A stretch of DNA of 64,000 nt, from contig OX597823.1 of assembly GCA_951406725.2 (NCBI GenBank), forward strand, positions 109,616,001 to 109,680,000, read 5' to 3'. The notes under the pieces were generated by a model. It did no database searches, was not told the DNA's origin, and saw only the letters and a program-made list of their open reading frames with translations. The stretch is from Octopus vulgaris (taxonomy: Eukaryota). Positions 12,062 to 28,410 of the stretch are shown piece after piece; positions within the stretch are counted from its first letter, which is position 1, and each line of letters starts with the position of its first letter. A program made the translations under genes and the position numbers.

Positions 12062-13187
12062 ATATATACATATATGTATAATATATATATATATGTAATT
12101 ATATACATGTTTTAAAGTTCTACAACAAAATACAAAAGATATACTTATATGTGTGTGTATGTGTATGCGTGCGTGTGTGTATGTGTGTGTGTGCGCGTGT
12201 GTGTGTGTGCGTGTGTGTGTGTATCTGTATTTGTATATAGTAAACATGCCTACAGTTCCACATCAACCACGAACCGATTCTGTAAATTCTGTACCTTTCG
12301 AAGGTACAGAACAGCTTATTTTCACTTTAATTCTCATGAGGAATGGTACGACTTCTGTTAAGATATTACTTTTACATAACCTACGTTCGTCGTCAACTTC
12401 GTGAAGAATGAATCAATGGGTTATTAGATAACGTAGCTAAACGAAAGTAGAACCTAACGCAATATAAAATAAATTTCTATTAAGAAAAATTGATAAAGCA
12501 CCATTTAAGATGTTAGGATTTTAGACTGATATAGACAATTTCTGAACGACAATAACACCATAGACATCTAAAACTCGCCGTTCAGTTTCTTGTATGACCT
12601 ACAAGACAAGTTATGCATCATTTAGTTCAACGATTGGAGACAACATGGAGATTTGTTGAGGGAGAAATTAGTTTTGGTGTGTTAGCTGAATGATTTATAT
12701 AGATATTCCAGTGAGAGCTGCCTAATATGCTCCGCAGGGTGTGTACGCAGAACTATCAGACCCTGCATTAAAAAGCATTTGGAAAAAAAAAAAAAACAGA
12801 AATGTAAAACAATTTTTAGGGATTTGTCGAAAAAATATGATTTGTTGACTCTAAAACTACTTGCTTGAAGGTCGTATACTTGTACACGCATACAGACACG
12901 TAGATACACACAAACATGTTACCCACACATACATACACGCACACACGCTCAAATACACTCACACACACATGCATGTGTACATGCACATGTAGGAATGTTT
13001 ATATGTGTATATATATACATATATATACATACATGCATATATATATATATATTAATATATACATATATTTATATATATATATATAAATGTATAAATATGC
13101 ACACACACACACACATACACACAATCACATATATATATATATATGTATATGTATATATATATATGTGTGAATGTGTCTGAATGTATG

Positions 13188-13243
<56 letters not shown>

Positions 13244-13619
13244 AGTGTGTGTGAATGTATGCATATATATATATATACACATATTATATACATATGTATA
13301 TATATATATGTATGTATATATATGTGTGTGTATGTATGCATATATATATATATGTGTTTGTATACAATGCATATTCTATGTGTGGGTGACCTGTGTGTAT
13401 TTTGTTAGCGACAAAAATTTTTCTCTATTAATATCTACTCTCAGCACTGTTGTTACTAAGCAGTGATTTTATTGCCGTTGTGTGTCGAGCTGTGTGGATG
13501 CGGTCGAGGATGAGGTTTATGCACCAAACCTTTTGTTTTGTTGTTGCTTGTTTTATAAGAATAAAACCACCGCCAACAAGGCCGACGACGATGAGGACGA
13601 GGAAGAGGAAGAGGGGACA

Positions 13620-13702
13620 ACAACAACAATAATAACAACAATAATACTAATACTTATACTACTACTAGTACTACTAATAATAATAATGATGACGATGATG
13701 AC

Positions 13703-13778
<76 letters not shown>

Positions 13779-13883
13779 ATAATAAAAATAACAATAATAA
13801 TAATGATAATAATAACAACAACAACAACAACAACAATAATAATAATAAAAAAAAAAAATAATAATAATAATAATAATAATAAT
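13620..13883. repeat. (TAA)n/(CAA)n microsatellite
   Basis: Direct reading. Confidence 0.95.
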
Positions 13884-14600
13884 TACCCTGATGCAGTGTC
13901 AGGCAGTGGCACTCGTGGCTTCTGATCTTAACTGATTGGAAGTGTTATCATGTACATTGTTTTGTCTTGGTATAAAAGATGGGCTACAGCATATATTCTG
14001 CTCAATACTACTGATTTGCTTGTCAGTTGTTTGACCATAACCAATTGAGCATGTCCCTTAGTGGCTAACGATATGGGCATCTCTGATCAAGAGTAGAAGT
14101 AGTGGGGAGCATCATAGCCATGTGTTAAAAAGAATTCTTTGGGGTTTGGATAATTCACCTCTGGAAAGATGGTGCTCATCCGTAAAGATGACAAAGAAGC
14201 AAAGATAATAGATGTTGCAATACCAGACGATTCGAGGTTGAAATGTAAGGAAACAGAAAAGATTGAGAAATACCAGCCACTGCGGGATGAGATAGGAAAA
14301 TTATAGGGCAAGAGGAAAGTATCGATGATACCGGTGGTAATTGGAGCATTAGGAGCAGTTTCCAAGGGCTATGAAAAACATATTGAGAATATTGGAGTTG
14401 CTGTCAGGCTCGATGTGATCCAGAGGACGGCATTATTGTGTACAGCTCGCATTCTAAGGAGAGTATTGTCTCTTTGAGTCACAGGAAAAGACACTATCTG
14501 AAACCTTTGGTGATTTGATGTTGCCTGTTTTCAAGTAAAGAATAACCGATAATTTAGAACTTTCCGTGAGTCTTTCATAAGAGACGATAATAATAATAAT
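13884..14600 (+). mobile_element. R4/Dong-type non-LTR retrotransposon derivative in (TAA)n: ~285-bp non-coding segment + RLE C-terminus + 3'UTR
   Basis: 14169-14477 translates MVLIRKDDKEAKIIDVAIPDDSRLKCKETEKIEKYQPLRDEIGKL*GKRKVSMIPVVIGALGAV...IQRTALLCTARILRRVLSL*, the restriction-like endonuclease C-terminus of R4/Dong LINEs; in-frame TAG at 14304-14306; TAA repeats on both sides. Confidence 0.85.
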
Positions 14601-14722
14601 CCTTTCTAATATACGAATTTGTTTGAGAGAGCGCTAGCCGATTATACCAACCCCAGTACTTGACTGGTACTTAATTTATCGAAACCGAAATGATGAATGG
14701 TAAGGTCGACCGAGCTTTGAAT
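14600..14722 (-). mobile_element. Nin/Deu-domain-type SINE fragment
   Basis: ccccagtacttgactggtacttaatttatcgaaaccgaaatgatgaatggtaaggtcgacc. Confidence 0.65.
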
Positions 14723-14724
14723 TT

Positions 14725-16910
<2,186 letters not shown>

Positions 16911-17197
16911 ATTGAGAGTAGCATTAGTAGTAAAAGTAGTAGTAGTTGTAATTGTTTCGTGCTATGCAAGTAGATGACCAAAGGTAATCTCAAAAGCAAA
17001 CTGCTTCCGTTATGCGTTGTGTTGCTGTTTATCGTTGTTGTTTAAATGAGGGGGAACAAAACTACGAAGGCGAGAATTGTATGTCGGTGGTGAGACGAGG
17101 ATGGGAACACTTTTATTAAAGAATGGCATAGTGACTGAAAGAGTAAAAGTAGGGAAAAGAGAGAGAGTGTGAGAGAGAGAGAGAGAAGAGAGAGAGA

Positions 17198-17228
<31 letters not shown>

Positions 17229-17367
17229 TGTGTGAGAGAGAGAGAGAGAAGAGAGAGAGAGAGTGTGAGGGAGAGAGGGATGGAAAGAGAGCCTGAAAGA
17301 ATTACGGGGATAGGAAAAAGTAAGAAATAAAGGTTAAAGATACCCAAATGGTAGCAATATGTATGTA

Positions 17368-17405
<38 letters not shown>

Positions 17406-17407
17406 CT

Positions 17408-17461
<54 letters not shown>

Positions 17462-17483
17462 CACACCCACACATATATAACTG

Positions 17484-18740
17484 CACGGGTCCACCTTTGC
17501 TCTCTGAAAGGCTGCGATACGTCCGGTCTACCTTAGGTACTCGTCCATTACATCGTTCATGCTGATCCAATCTCAAATTATCTCACTTCGTATATGCTCT
17601 CGTAACGATATTCCTAGCATGGATCCATACAGGGACTTTGCGTCGTAGACTATCAATGTTCTGCCCTCTTCTAAGTGGCTCGAATCTCAATTGCACAAAA
17701 AGGGTTGACAGGACGGTGTAACGGATGTGTCTGTCGTGTATGTTTGTCTTCTTTCAGCTTTGCTTTGAATACATCCTTTATCGCGGTAAACGCTTTCCAC
17801 CCTGCCCTTATTATCTTCGCTATTTCTGTATGTCTCTGTGAATATATTCACTTTACTATCTCGATTTCATTGCTTACCATCTCGATTCGGTCTCGTGTTA
17901 GTTTTTTGGACCGTATATATCTTGTCTTCATGCGTTGCATTATAAAGCTTGATGCTGAACAATGGGTGTCAGCCTCTGTCAGCATCGTTTGCAGCGGGTC
18001 TGTTGTTTTGGTAGTGAGTAACGACCCATCTGCGAACTGGAGGTGTGTTAGTTGCTCGCCGATGGTGTTTACTCCACCTATCCAGTCATTATCTCTGATG
18101 ACCATTTCTAGACATGCGGTGAAGAGCTTTGGAGCGATGGCATCTCTTTGACTGAGGCCCTTCTCACTGGTAATGACAGAACTGTATTGGCGATGAACCC
18201 ATAGTTCTCATCTCAGTACAGTTTGTTGTATTTGGACTTTGATACCTTGAATTTCAAGAGATTTCAATCCTGTTTTTATCTCGATTCTCTCGAGGGCCTT
18301 TTTATTCTTAACGAAAGCGATGCACTGAGGCAGCATGTACTGTTTAGCTCATTCATTAGCCCGTTTAAAGTGAATATATGATCAATAGTTCTGTAGTTCT
18401 TGCGTAAACCTGCTTGCTAACTGGGCCGCTGGTAATCGAGACAGTTCAATAATACGTTGACTTCGGGTTTTGTAAACAGTTCAAAGAGGTGAGAAAAAGA
18501 CATGTGGGTCGATAGTGTCTTAAATCTCTTTTTATAACCCTCCCCCTGAAGCAAAATTATATTCAATACTTTCCACAACGAAGACATGTTACTGTTCTTC
18601 AGGTAAATACTGGAGGGTAGAACGAGGTTTTTTTCCCCAGCTCCTCAACTATAGTGTTACGTCATCTTTTCCTGAAGCCTTTTCTGCTTCTATCAGCTTC
18701 AGGGCATTTTCCGTTTCACTGACTACAAAGTCCCTACAAC
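17484..18740 (-). pseudogene. Decayed RTE-clade LINE reverse transcriptase
   Basis: Reverse strand yields KASGKDDV, QAGLRKNYRTIDHIFTL, KGLSQRDAIAPKLFTACLE and LTHLQFADG, i.e. degenerate KAPGxD, QxGFR, GVRQGDxxSPxLF and FADD RT motifs, with stops and frameshifts. Confidence 0.88.
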
Positions 18741-19333
18741 GATGTTTTAGTTAAACGATTTGTGCCAAATGGAAAAGAACGGCACAATCAAGAAGAACTG
18801 GAAGTGTATTGTGACCAGCGATGTATAACAACATCTGGTAGTCTGTTCGATACAGTGATACAATGTTATATATATGTACATTTTCTCATTACTGTAACTA
18901 AAATATTCGGAAACATTCACTTAAGCAACCAACACACACGTACACTCTCTCACGCACGTGCGCTTAAACACACATACATACACAAACACTAGCTGAAAAA
19001 AAAATAACTTGCAAATCAAATTGATAGAATCTATTTTCTACAGCTGGGAAACATAACAACTGACCAAAAATACTATTAGTCATTCAATGACTAAAATAAA
19101 TTCATTGCAATTGATAAAAAACATTGACCCTTTTGACTCGCCATCAATTTCAATCATCCCAGAAACCCACCCGATTCATTCATTCTTTCTTTCCTTCCTA
19201 CTTCCTTTTCTTTTCTATCTTTCTTGCCTTGTGTGATTGCTTGTTTCTTTGTTTCTTCCCTTCTTTCTTCTTTCTTTATTTCTTTATTTTTTTCCCTTAA
19301 CCAAGCCTCCCAAGAATTCACCACACGCATATA

Positions 19334-19371
<38 letters not shown>

Positions 19372-19377
<6 letters not shown>

Positions 19378-19730
19378 CAAATATATACATAAAATACAAA
19401 ATGGGACAGGAATGCAAAACATCCGGACAACTAGGTGATACAAAAAGGGACAAAAAAAACATCCAGATAGACGATGCAAAGGAAACAAGGACGGATCATT
19501 CGAAGCTTTCTATCCTCAGTCAAGAACGTGGATCATCCTCGCAATTTCGGCTGATTAATCTTGAGATTGCTCCAATCTGGCCAGCCCCAAGGAAAAACTA
19601 AGCTAAGTGCTTTAAATTCCTTCGAAGAAAGCATCGAATGTATACAAAAATAAGGACGGAAAAACAGACGATGTTACACAAATATATAAATACAATAAAA
19701 ATAATAACAGGACATAACAACAGGTGTCTT
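19372..19730. mobile_element. Dispersed repeat adjoining (TA)n, probably Penelope-like terminal region
   Basis: Related copies at 61010-61205 (same orientation) and 61840-62150 (inverted), all sharing cctcgcaatttcggctgat..cttgag..tgctcc.atctggccagcccc; class assignment is inference. Confidence 0.55.
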
Positions 19731-19925
19731 TCGACTGGGGAGAAATTGAATTCAGCTGGCGTGTGTGGAAATGAAGCCTTACGGCAAAGATACAGAGGTT
19801 TCACAAGCACGGTGAAGAATATCGATGTTACCTCAACCATGACCTCTTTTCTAATCGCATGGATACAACAGAATTTTTCATCTAAATTACATTCATTGAT
19901 GAAGCATGAATTTCCTATAAAAATG

Positions 19926-19966
19926 TATTCATGATGAGTCCCTCATAGGGAATAAAGCGCTCAATA
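19926..19966 (+). ncRNA. Decayed hammerhead motif
   Basis: tattc ATGATGA G tccct cat aggga A TAAA GCGC TC aata: stem II intact, palindromic stem III AGCGCT, but three core positions changed. Confidence 0.45.
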
Positions 19967-20258
19967 AATAGTTTTAATCCTATCCTAACAACCTAATTTT
20001 TCTTAAAATATAAGAGGTGTATACCACATCAAAGAGTATATATACAAGATGCAGCACGGAATTTTGTCAGTGAATAGGTCACTGTCTCAAAGCGAGGAAA
20101 ATATTTTGCTAAATCAAATTTAAATGTTGAAGTGAATTTAAGAGTTTTTGTGTATTTCTTAAATGGCTTATAAACACCTTCCACGCTGCAATTGTTTTTC
20201 TTTCAACGCACGATTTCTGCTCAGGTCACTTGCTATGCAAGCACATCTCCGTAATAAG

Positions 20259-20290
<32 letters not shown>

Positions 20291-20291
20291 T

Positions 20292-20708
20292 TAACGTAGG
20301 CAGCGAAGCTCAATATATAACCAAATAGGAAAAGTCAGTCGTCAATAATTGTGATTGAGGGTGCTGAGCAGCACCTACATTGCTAGGAATGCGAGTTTAA
20401 ACCCTTAGAAGTGCAAGGAAGAACATTTTTATACACTGACAGGGTAGATAACCGCTCTATAAGGGAAGTTAAATCACTTAACTGGATTAGTTTCGCGTAT
20501 AAATTGCTGACTCGTCAGCAGTGACTACTCTATCGTCAAATGGCTGCGGTAAATTCAGACTGTCAATATATCTATTTACCATATAAATTTGTGGCTAAGT
20601 TATATATTGCGTTTAGCTGCCTGCGTTATTTTGGTATTTTCACATTAGCATTTCGTTTATTCAGCCGTAAATTTATTTGGTAAATATATATACTGACAGT
20701 CTGGATTT
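20292..20708 (-). mobile_element. Fold-back cassette with hammerhead motif between (TA)n and (CATA)n
   Basis: Inverted pairs 20292-20321/20599-20628, 20431-20455/20546-20571 and 20551-20581/20678-20708 (3 mismatches in 31); minus-strand actg CTGACGA G...C GAAA ctaa TC cagt at 20481-20522. Confidence 0.6.
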
Positions 20709-21552
20709 AGCAACATGCATACATACATACATACATACATACATACATACATACATACATACATACATACATACATACATTATATAGACCGAACAGATTT
20801 ATGTAAATGATTTGTTTGTTTACCAGTCCGCTGCGAAAAGTGCCTGAAAGAAAACTCCCTCATTGCACTGGGTGTTGAAACACCTGAACGTCATAGGCCT
20901 CAATAATGTTAAAATATCAGTATCCATCACTCCTCAAAGTCTCCGGGACGAGTGTCTTACCTGTCTATGATTTTCAGGAGTTTTGATACTCATTGCAATG
21001 TCAGATCCCTCCCTTAGGCGCTTTTCGAAAACAACTTTAAATAAATTCACATCCACTGATATCAAAATTATTTACGACTGCTTTATATAAGAGCTGAGTC
21101 TTCTTATACCCTATTGATTGTGGAAGTACGCTAGGTATTTCTCTTAGATGCACTTAATACAGTATGAAACGGCCCACAAAAGTTCTCCCTTTCATTACAA
21201 ATCAAAAACAAGGTAATGTATTTACATACCAATCTCTCTCTCATATTCCCTCTAATATTTAAATGCATTTCAGTCCGTCTAACTCACGCTAAGTTACCTA
21301 TAAAATACCTATCATGCAGTCTCTAGGAAATCAACAACGCGTTGTAATTAAATATTAATCGAAAATCTTAAACAAGGCCAGGCTAATGGCGAACGTGGCA
21401 ATGGTGGTGGTAATGATGATAGTGACAATGGTGACTTTATTGCTGGAGTTGGTGTTTGTTGTGATAGAAGTGTTATTGCTGTTGGTGTGTTGGAGCTGGT
21501 GGTGCTGTTGTAAATGGTGGTGGCGTTGGAGGTGGCGGTAATGTTAGTGGAA

Positions 21553-22005
21553 GGCGGTGAGCTGGCAGAATCGTTAGCACACCGGGCGAAATGCTTAGAG
21601 GTATTTCGTCTGCCGTTACGTTCTGAGTTCAAATTCTGCCGAGGTCGACTTTGCCTTTCATCCTTTCGGGGTCGATTAAATAAGTACCAGTTACGCACTG
21701 GGGTCGATGTAACTGCGTAACTGGTACTTATTTAATCGACTTCGAAAGGATGAAAGGCAAAGTCGACCTCGGCGGAATTTGAACTCAGGACGTAATCGCA
21801 GACGAAAGACCTATTTCTTTACTACCCACAAGGGGCTAAACACAGAGGGGCCAAACAAGGACAGACAAACGGATTAAGTCGATTACTTCGACCCCCAGTG
21901 CGTAACTGGTACTTAATTTATCGACCCGGAAAGGATGAAAGGCAAAGTCGACCTCTGTGGAGTTTGAACGCGGCGTGCTAACGTTGCAGCCAGTTCCCCG
22001 ACTTC
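21553..22005. mobile_element. Cluster of three Nin/Deu-domain-type SINE copies (+ 21553-21713, - 21714-21811, - 21812-22005)
   Basis: ggcggtgagctggcagaatcgttagcacaccgggcgaaatgc...gagttcaaattctgccgaggtcgactttgcctttcatcctttcggggtcgattaaataagtaccag and its reverse complement twice. Confidence 0.9.
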
Positions 22006-22434
22006 ATTTGTGTCTGTTACTGTCACAGAGTGTCACGCTGCTTCTCACTGAAGCTACAAGTATTTGTGCAATACTCAGAAACTTATACGGTGAAACAATA
22101 AGCTTATAATCCTAGCTTTCGAGTGAATTGAATACTCATAAGTTGGTTTCTGCAGGAGTGTTCTTCTGATCTTCACTAAAAAAACATTCAACAATTAAGG
22201 AGAATTTTTAGTTGGACCCTACACTTTCTAGAAAGAATAAATATCTCTGGAATCGAACCCATTAGAAAGAAGGATTCGTTGAATAATGTAGTTTAAGATT
22301 CAAGGTATCGAGCAAACGAGGCGGGACGGTTACCATTGCCGCTTCTTTGTTTTACACTTCTGTACAATCACGGCCGACGGAGGACTATGAAGTACGACAG
22401 CAACATAAGCAGCAGAAGAAAGAGAACCGTTTGT

Positions 22435-23570
22435 AACCATCAGCATCACAATCATCACCACAAGTTTCATAGCTATTAACGTGGTTACTAACCGGTCACC
22501 ATCACAGCATCAACACCACCACCATCACCAGCAGCGCAACCACCACCACCACCTCAAGCACCACCACCACCACCACCACAAGCACCACCACCACCACCAC
22601 CACCGCCGCCAACACCACCATCACTACCCCTAACAACTACAACAACAGCAGCAGCAGCAACAACGGCAACGACTAATTAAGAGTAAGATCGTGATCATGA
22701 CTGTGATGATGATCATCAGCACTGCTGCTGCTACTACTACTACTACTACTACTGCTACTACTACTACTACTACCGTGTGCTCAACTTTCAACATAACCAC
22801 GACAACCATCAGCAGTAACATTGGTCTCCAACTACCACCAACAACACCACCCACCACCTTCTCACCTATAATCACAACCTACGAACGCACCAATCAACAC
22901 TGCGAAAACCAACACCACATCCGTCAACACCATCACCCCCGGCACCACCACCACCACCACCACCAACATTATGACAACCATCATGACAACCATCATCATA
23001 ACCATCACCCCTATATTATCACTGCCCCTGCTACAAACCCCACCACCACCACCACCACCATCATGACAACCATCATCACCCCCATCATCATCATCACCAC
23101 CACCACCACTATAGTATCACTGCCACTGCTACAAAACCCCGCACCACTACAGTTACAGATACCAGACTTATCGTCACTCTAACCGCTACCTCTACCAATA
23201 ACATAACTGTTAGTAAATTTGTATCACCGCATCTCTCTCTTTATCTGCCTACCAACATCTTAGTCTGCTTTCCAAACTAGCAATCACGACCAACCATCCG
23301 CAACAACACAAGCCACCGTCAATTGTCTCTCATCACCGCCACAACCGACATCATCTTCGACATGGCAATGGCGACCAACACCGCCACTACAGCCTCCACC
23401 ACCGCCACCCTCTTCACCACCGCCATCACTACCTCCACTGCCAACATCACCACCAGCCTTATGCCAATTTCCATAGCACCAATTTCACCTCCAAAGAACT
23501 ATCACCAACGCAGCTTATTTTTTTTTATTTTTTTGTTGTTGCAATAACTACCACAACTACGACCTCAACC
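22435..23570. repeat. CAC/CAT/CAA/CTA-rich degenerate triplet low-complexity tract
   Basis: Direct reading. Confidence 0.85.
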
Positions 23571-23721
23571 ACCACGCGGAGTGAAACACAAACAACAACA
23601 CTAATAATAATAAAATCGAAAGTACTAAATTTTGTGTATAATGTATTTTTTATTGATTATGTTTTTTTTTTTCGTTACACGTCATTAACACTACATAAAA
23701 CGTAACATATCGGTAAACATG

Positions 23722-24350
<629 letters not shown>

Positions 24351-25017
24351 AAGTACACTCACATACGCCAATGTACATGCATAAACATATTCGTTAAATT
24401 GCATGAGTTAAGTATCCTTTGTCTACAGAATGCTGTTTCCTCTCTTGAAATACACTGGCCACTTTATAATGGTACCTGGGAGACGGGGGAGATGTGAGTG
24501 GAGACATCCTACCTGCCCAACAGGGCTGTTTCATCTGTAAATTCAAACTGCGAATAAAATTACATATTTAATTGCATGGAGAATCAATACAGCGTTGCTG
24601 CCTCTTTCTGTTCTTCCATGTGCATGTGCGAGTGTGTGTATATATGTGTGTGTCTGTGTGGGTATGTGTTTCTTATATAGATTTATAACTAAATACCTGT
24701 GTGTGTATGTATCTGAATAGGTGGGCGTACATGCATAACGTATGCATACATACATACATATATAGACATACATTCGTAGACATACATGAATAATAATTTA
24801 AAAGAGATTACGTAAATCTACGAACGTAGTAATACATGCACGTAGACACGTTCTACAAAGTTCAAGCGCAGGAACAATAAAAGCGAAAAACCAACAAAGC
24901 GCATACATATTGCATATCAATAAATACTTTGATACACAAACGTATATAATACGTACGAAGTGTATTTGGATATACACATTTATGTGTGTATACCTCCCCA
25001 GCCATATATATGTATCA

Positions 25018-25175
25018 GATGATGATGACGACAACAATGATGCTGATGCTGATGCTGATGATGATGAGGATCATGATGATGGTGGTGGTGGTGGTGGTGG
25101 TGATGATGGTGATGGTGGTGGTGATGGTGGTGGTGGTGGTGATGGTGGTGGTGGTGGTGATGATGATAATGGTGA

Positions 25176-25209
<34 letters not shown>

Positions 25210-25337
25210 GGTGGTGGTGGTGGTGGTGGAGGTGATGATGATGATACTGGTGGTGATAGTGATGATGATGATGATAGTGGCAGTGGTGGTGGTGCTGACG
25301 ATGATGATGGTGGTGTTGGTGGAGGAGGTGGTAGCGG

Positions 25338-25373
<36 letters not shown>

Positions 25374-26655
25374 CGACGATGGTGATGATGATAATGGTGA
25401 TGGTGATGATGACGGTGGTGGTGATATATATCAGAATATGCGTGTATGCGCATGAACGTACGTATATGTACCGTACATTAAACGAGGTACCAACTTTTTT
25501 TTTTTTTGTGTATGCGACGTACAGTGTTGATTGCATTGTTATTAGGGAATGATTATGATGTCGATCATGGTGCGAATGATGATGATGATGATAACGATGA
25601 TGATGATGATGAAGATGATGATGATGGTTTTGATGATGGTGGTATTGATGTTGACCGTGATTGATGATGAAGTTGTAATTGTTTTTTAAGCTACAACATC
25701 ATTTGCTTAGTCGTTATCATGTTAGATAGCAGTGGTGGTGGTGGTGGTGGTGGTGGTGGTGGTGGTAGTGTTGGTGGTGGCGATGGTAGTGGTTGAGGTT
25801 GTGGTTGTGGTGGTAGTGTTGGAGGTGGCGTGATGTTTAGTAGTGCTCGATGCATGGTGCGAATGATGATAATGATGATAACGATGATGATGATGATAAT
25901 GATGATGATGACGACGAAGATAATGAAGATGGTTTTGATGATGGTGATGATGATGGTGGTGATGACGATGATAATGATGATGGTGATGATGATGGTGGTG
26001 ATAGTGATGATGATGATGATGGTGATGATGATGGTGATGTTGATGATGATGATGATGATGGTGGTGATGATGATAATGATGATGGTGAAGATGATGGTGG
26101 TGATAGTGATGATGATGATGATGGTGATGATGATGGTGGTGGTGATGGTGGTGGTGATGACGATGTCAATTATGATGATGACGATGATGATGATGATGGT
26201 GGTGATGGTGATAATGATTATGGTGGTGATGACGATGATAATGATGATGGTGATGATGATGATAATGATGATGGTGATGATGATTATGGTGGTGATGACG
26301 ATGATAATGATGATGGTGATGATTTTGATAATGATGATTGTGATGATGATGGTGGTGGTGATGATAATGATGATGGTCGTGGCGGCGATGGTGGTAGTGG
26401 TGGTGGTGGCGATGGTGTCGATCTTGATGGTGATGATGATGACGATAATGATGATGATGGTGGTGATGATGACGATAATGATGATGGTGATGATGATGGT
26501 GGTGGTAATGACGATGAAAATGATGATGGTGATCATTTTGATAATGATTATGATGATGATGATGATGATGACGATGATGATGGTGGTGGTGGTGGTGGTG
26601 GCGGCGGTGTCGATGTTGATGGTGATGATGGTGACGATGATGACGATGATAATAG
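25018..26655. repeat. (GAT)/(GGT) triplet arrays with minisatellite-like reiteration
   Basis: Blocks 25018-25425 and 25550-26655; unit ggtggtgatgacgatgataatgatgatggtgatgat recurs; catggtgcgaatgatgat is duplicated at about 25566 and 25853. Confidence 0.93.
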
Positions 26656-26939
26656 TAGTTTAATTATTGCCGTTGACTTCATAAAAAATGTTTGGAGAGT
26701 CCCTATAGTGTTCTTGATAGTGTTTCTCTTACTGTTATTGGTATTATTGATATTTCAGTTGCTGGGTTATGATGTCAGTGGAGGTGGTTCACTCATCGTT
26801 TGGGACATTGCATGTAGTAAAATTGTAAAATATATCAGAGATAAACTAAACAGACCGATCGATTTCATAAAATCTTACGTAATATAATGCAATAAGCATG
26901 TCTTTGTCTTTCCCTCCCTCTCTGTTTGTCTCTATTTCA

Positions 26940-26952
26940 ATCAATCAATCAG

Positions 26953-27042
<90 letters not shown>

Positions 27043-27397
27043 CATCTATATCTATCTGTCTATCTATCTATCTATCTATCTATGTACCTATCTATCAATC
27101 TATCTATCATCTACACACATTCGTAAATAATGAATATTCGCATATAGGTATGAATACATTCGTTAACAAATATATATACATATATGTATATACGTGTGTG
27201 CTTATATATGCATGCATTAATATATATATATGTGTATGTATGTATGTATGTATCTATGTGCGTGTGTGTATGAGTGTTAAAACTAACATATATATATACA
27301 CATATACATACATACATACATACATTATCCAAACATTCACATTTACGCACACCTACACGTATACATATTTATGTTTCCAAATGTTTTCATATGCAGA

Positions 27398-27432
<35 letters not shown>

Positions 27433-27433
27433 A

Positions 27434-27472
<39 letters not shown>

Positions 27473-27643
27473 TTGCAAAGTAATATCCAATAAAATCTAA
27501 CAGGAATCAACAGATGCAGTGCGGCAGACAAATTTATCAGTCATATTTCAAGTGGAAAATAAATAGAAACAATTCACTGTGTAAATCTTTTGTGAATTTC
27601 AACAAGCTTTCAAGAATTATTAATACATGCGCGCGCGCGTGTG

Positions 27644-27691
<48 letters not shown>

Positions 27692-28047
27692 TGTGTGTCT
27701 ACATGAGGTTGTGTTTGTGTTTATGTTCTCCTTGTATTGTATGTTTGCTTGGGCGTGTTTCTCTGTCTGCTTCTATTGTGTGTTAAACATTCACTGTGTA
27801 TTCTATGCGTGTGTCTCTGTGTGTGTATAAATGTGTGTATGTGTGTGTGTTGACCGTGCATTTGTGCGTGTGTGTGTGTTTGTGTGTGTCTGTGTGCGTG
27901 TTTTTGTGTGTGCGTGTGTGTGTGCCTGCGCCCGTTCGAATATGTGTTTGTATTTTTCAGTTTGCTCTTTGTACTCTGGACCCGCTTAATGAGCGTCGTG
28001 TTTGTGTGTGTGTGTGTGTTTATATGTATATATATATATATATGTGT

Positions 28048-28079
<32 letters not shown>

Positions 28080-28410
28080 ATCAGTTTATACATTTAAAAC
28101 TTTTTCGCATGTGTAGATACACATTTACATTCACACTCACACACACGCACACACGCACACACGCACACAGGCACGCACGCACGCACACACAAACACACAC
28201 ACATAATGAATATCCCAAAGCACGTTATTATTAATACGTATGTGTGTGATCCTGTGTTTCTCTGAGTCTGTGTGTTTATGCCTCTTTGTCTGTGCGTGCG
28301 CGGGCGTATGCATGTATGTATGCATGTGCGTATGCATGTGCGTGTGAGTGTATGATTGTGTATACGCGTGAGAGAGAGAAAGAGTGAGAGAGACATCATA
28401 TGTGCGTGCG
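26940..28410. repeat. (TATC)n, (TG)n and (CA)n microsatellite field
   Basis: Direct reading; interrupted by a unique island at 27470-27626. Confidence 0.9.

Noticed and set aside
12287-12311. Perfect 11-bp hairpin ttctgtacctt-tcg-aaggtacagaa
   Set aside because: Isolated and short; a bacterial-type terminator is irrelevant in this eukaryotic context.
22044-22095. Hammerhead-like ctgaagc...agtatt/aatact...gaaa
   Set aside because: Too many core deviations to support.
24910-26887. Asp/Gly-rich ORFs resembling acidic biomineral proteins
   Set aside because: Pure GAT/GGT microsatellite open in several frames on both strands; no signal peptide or splice context.
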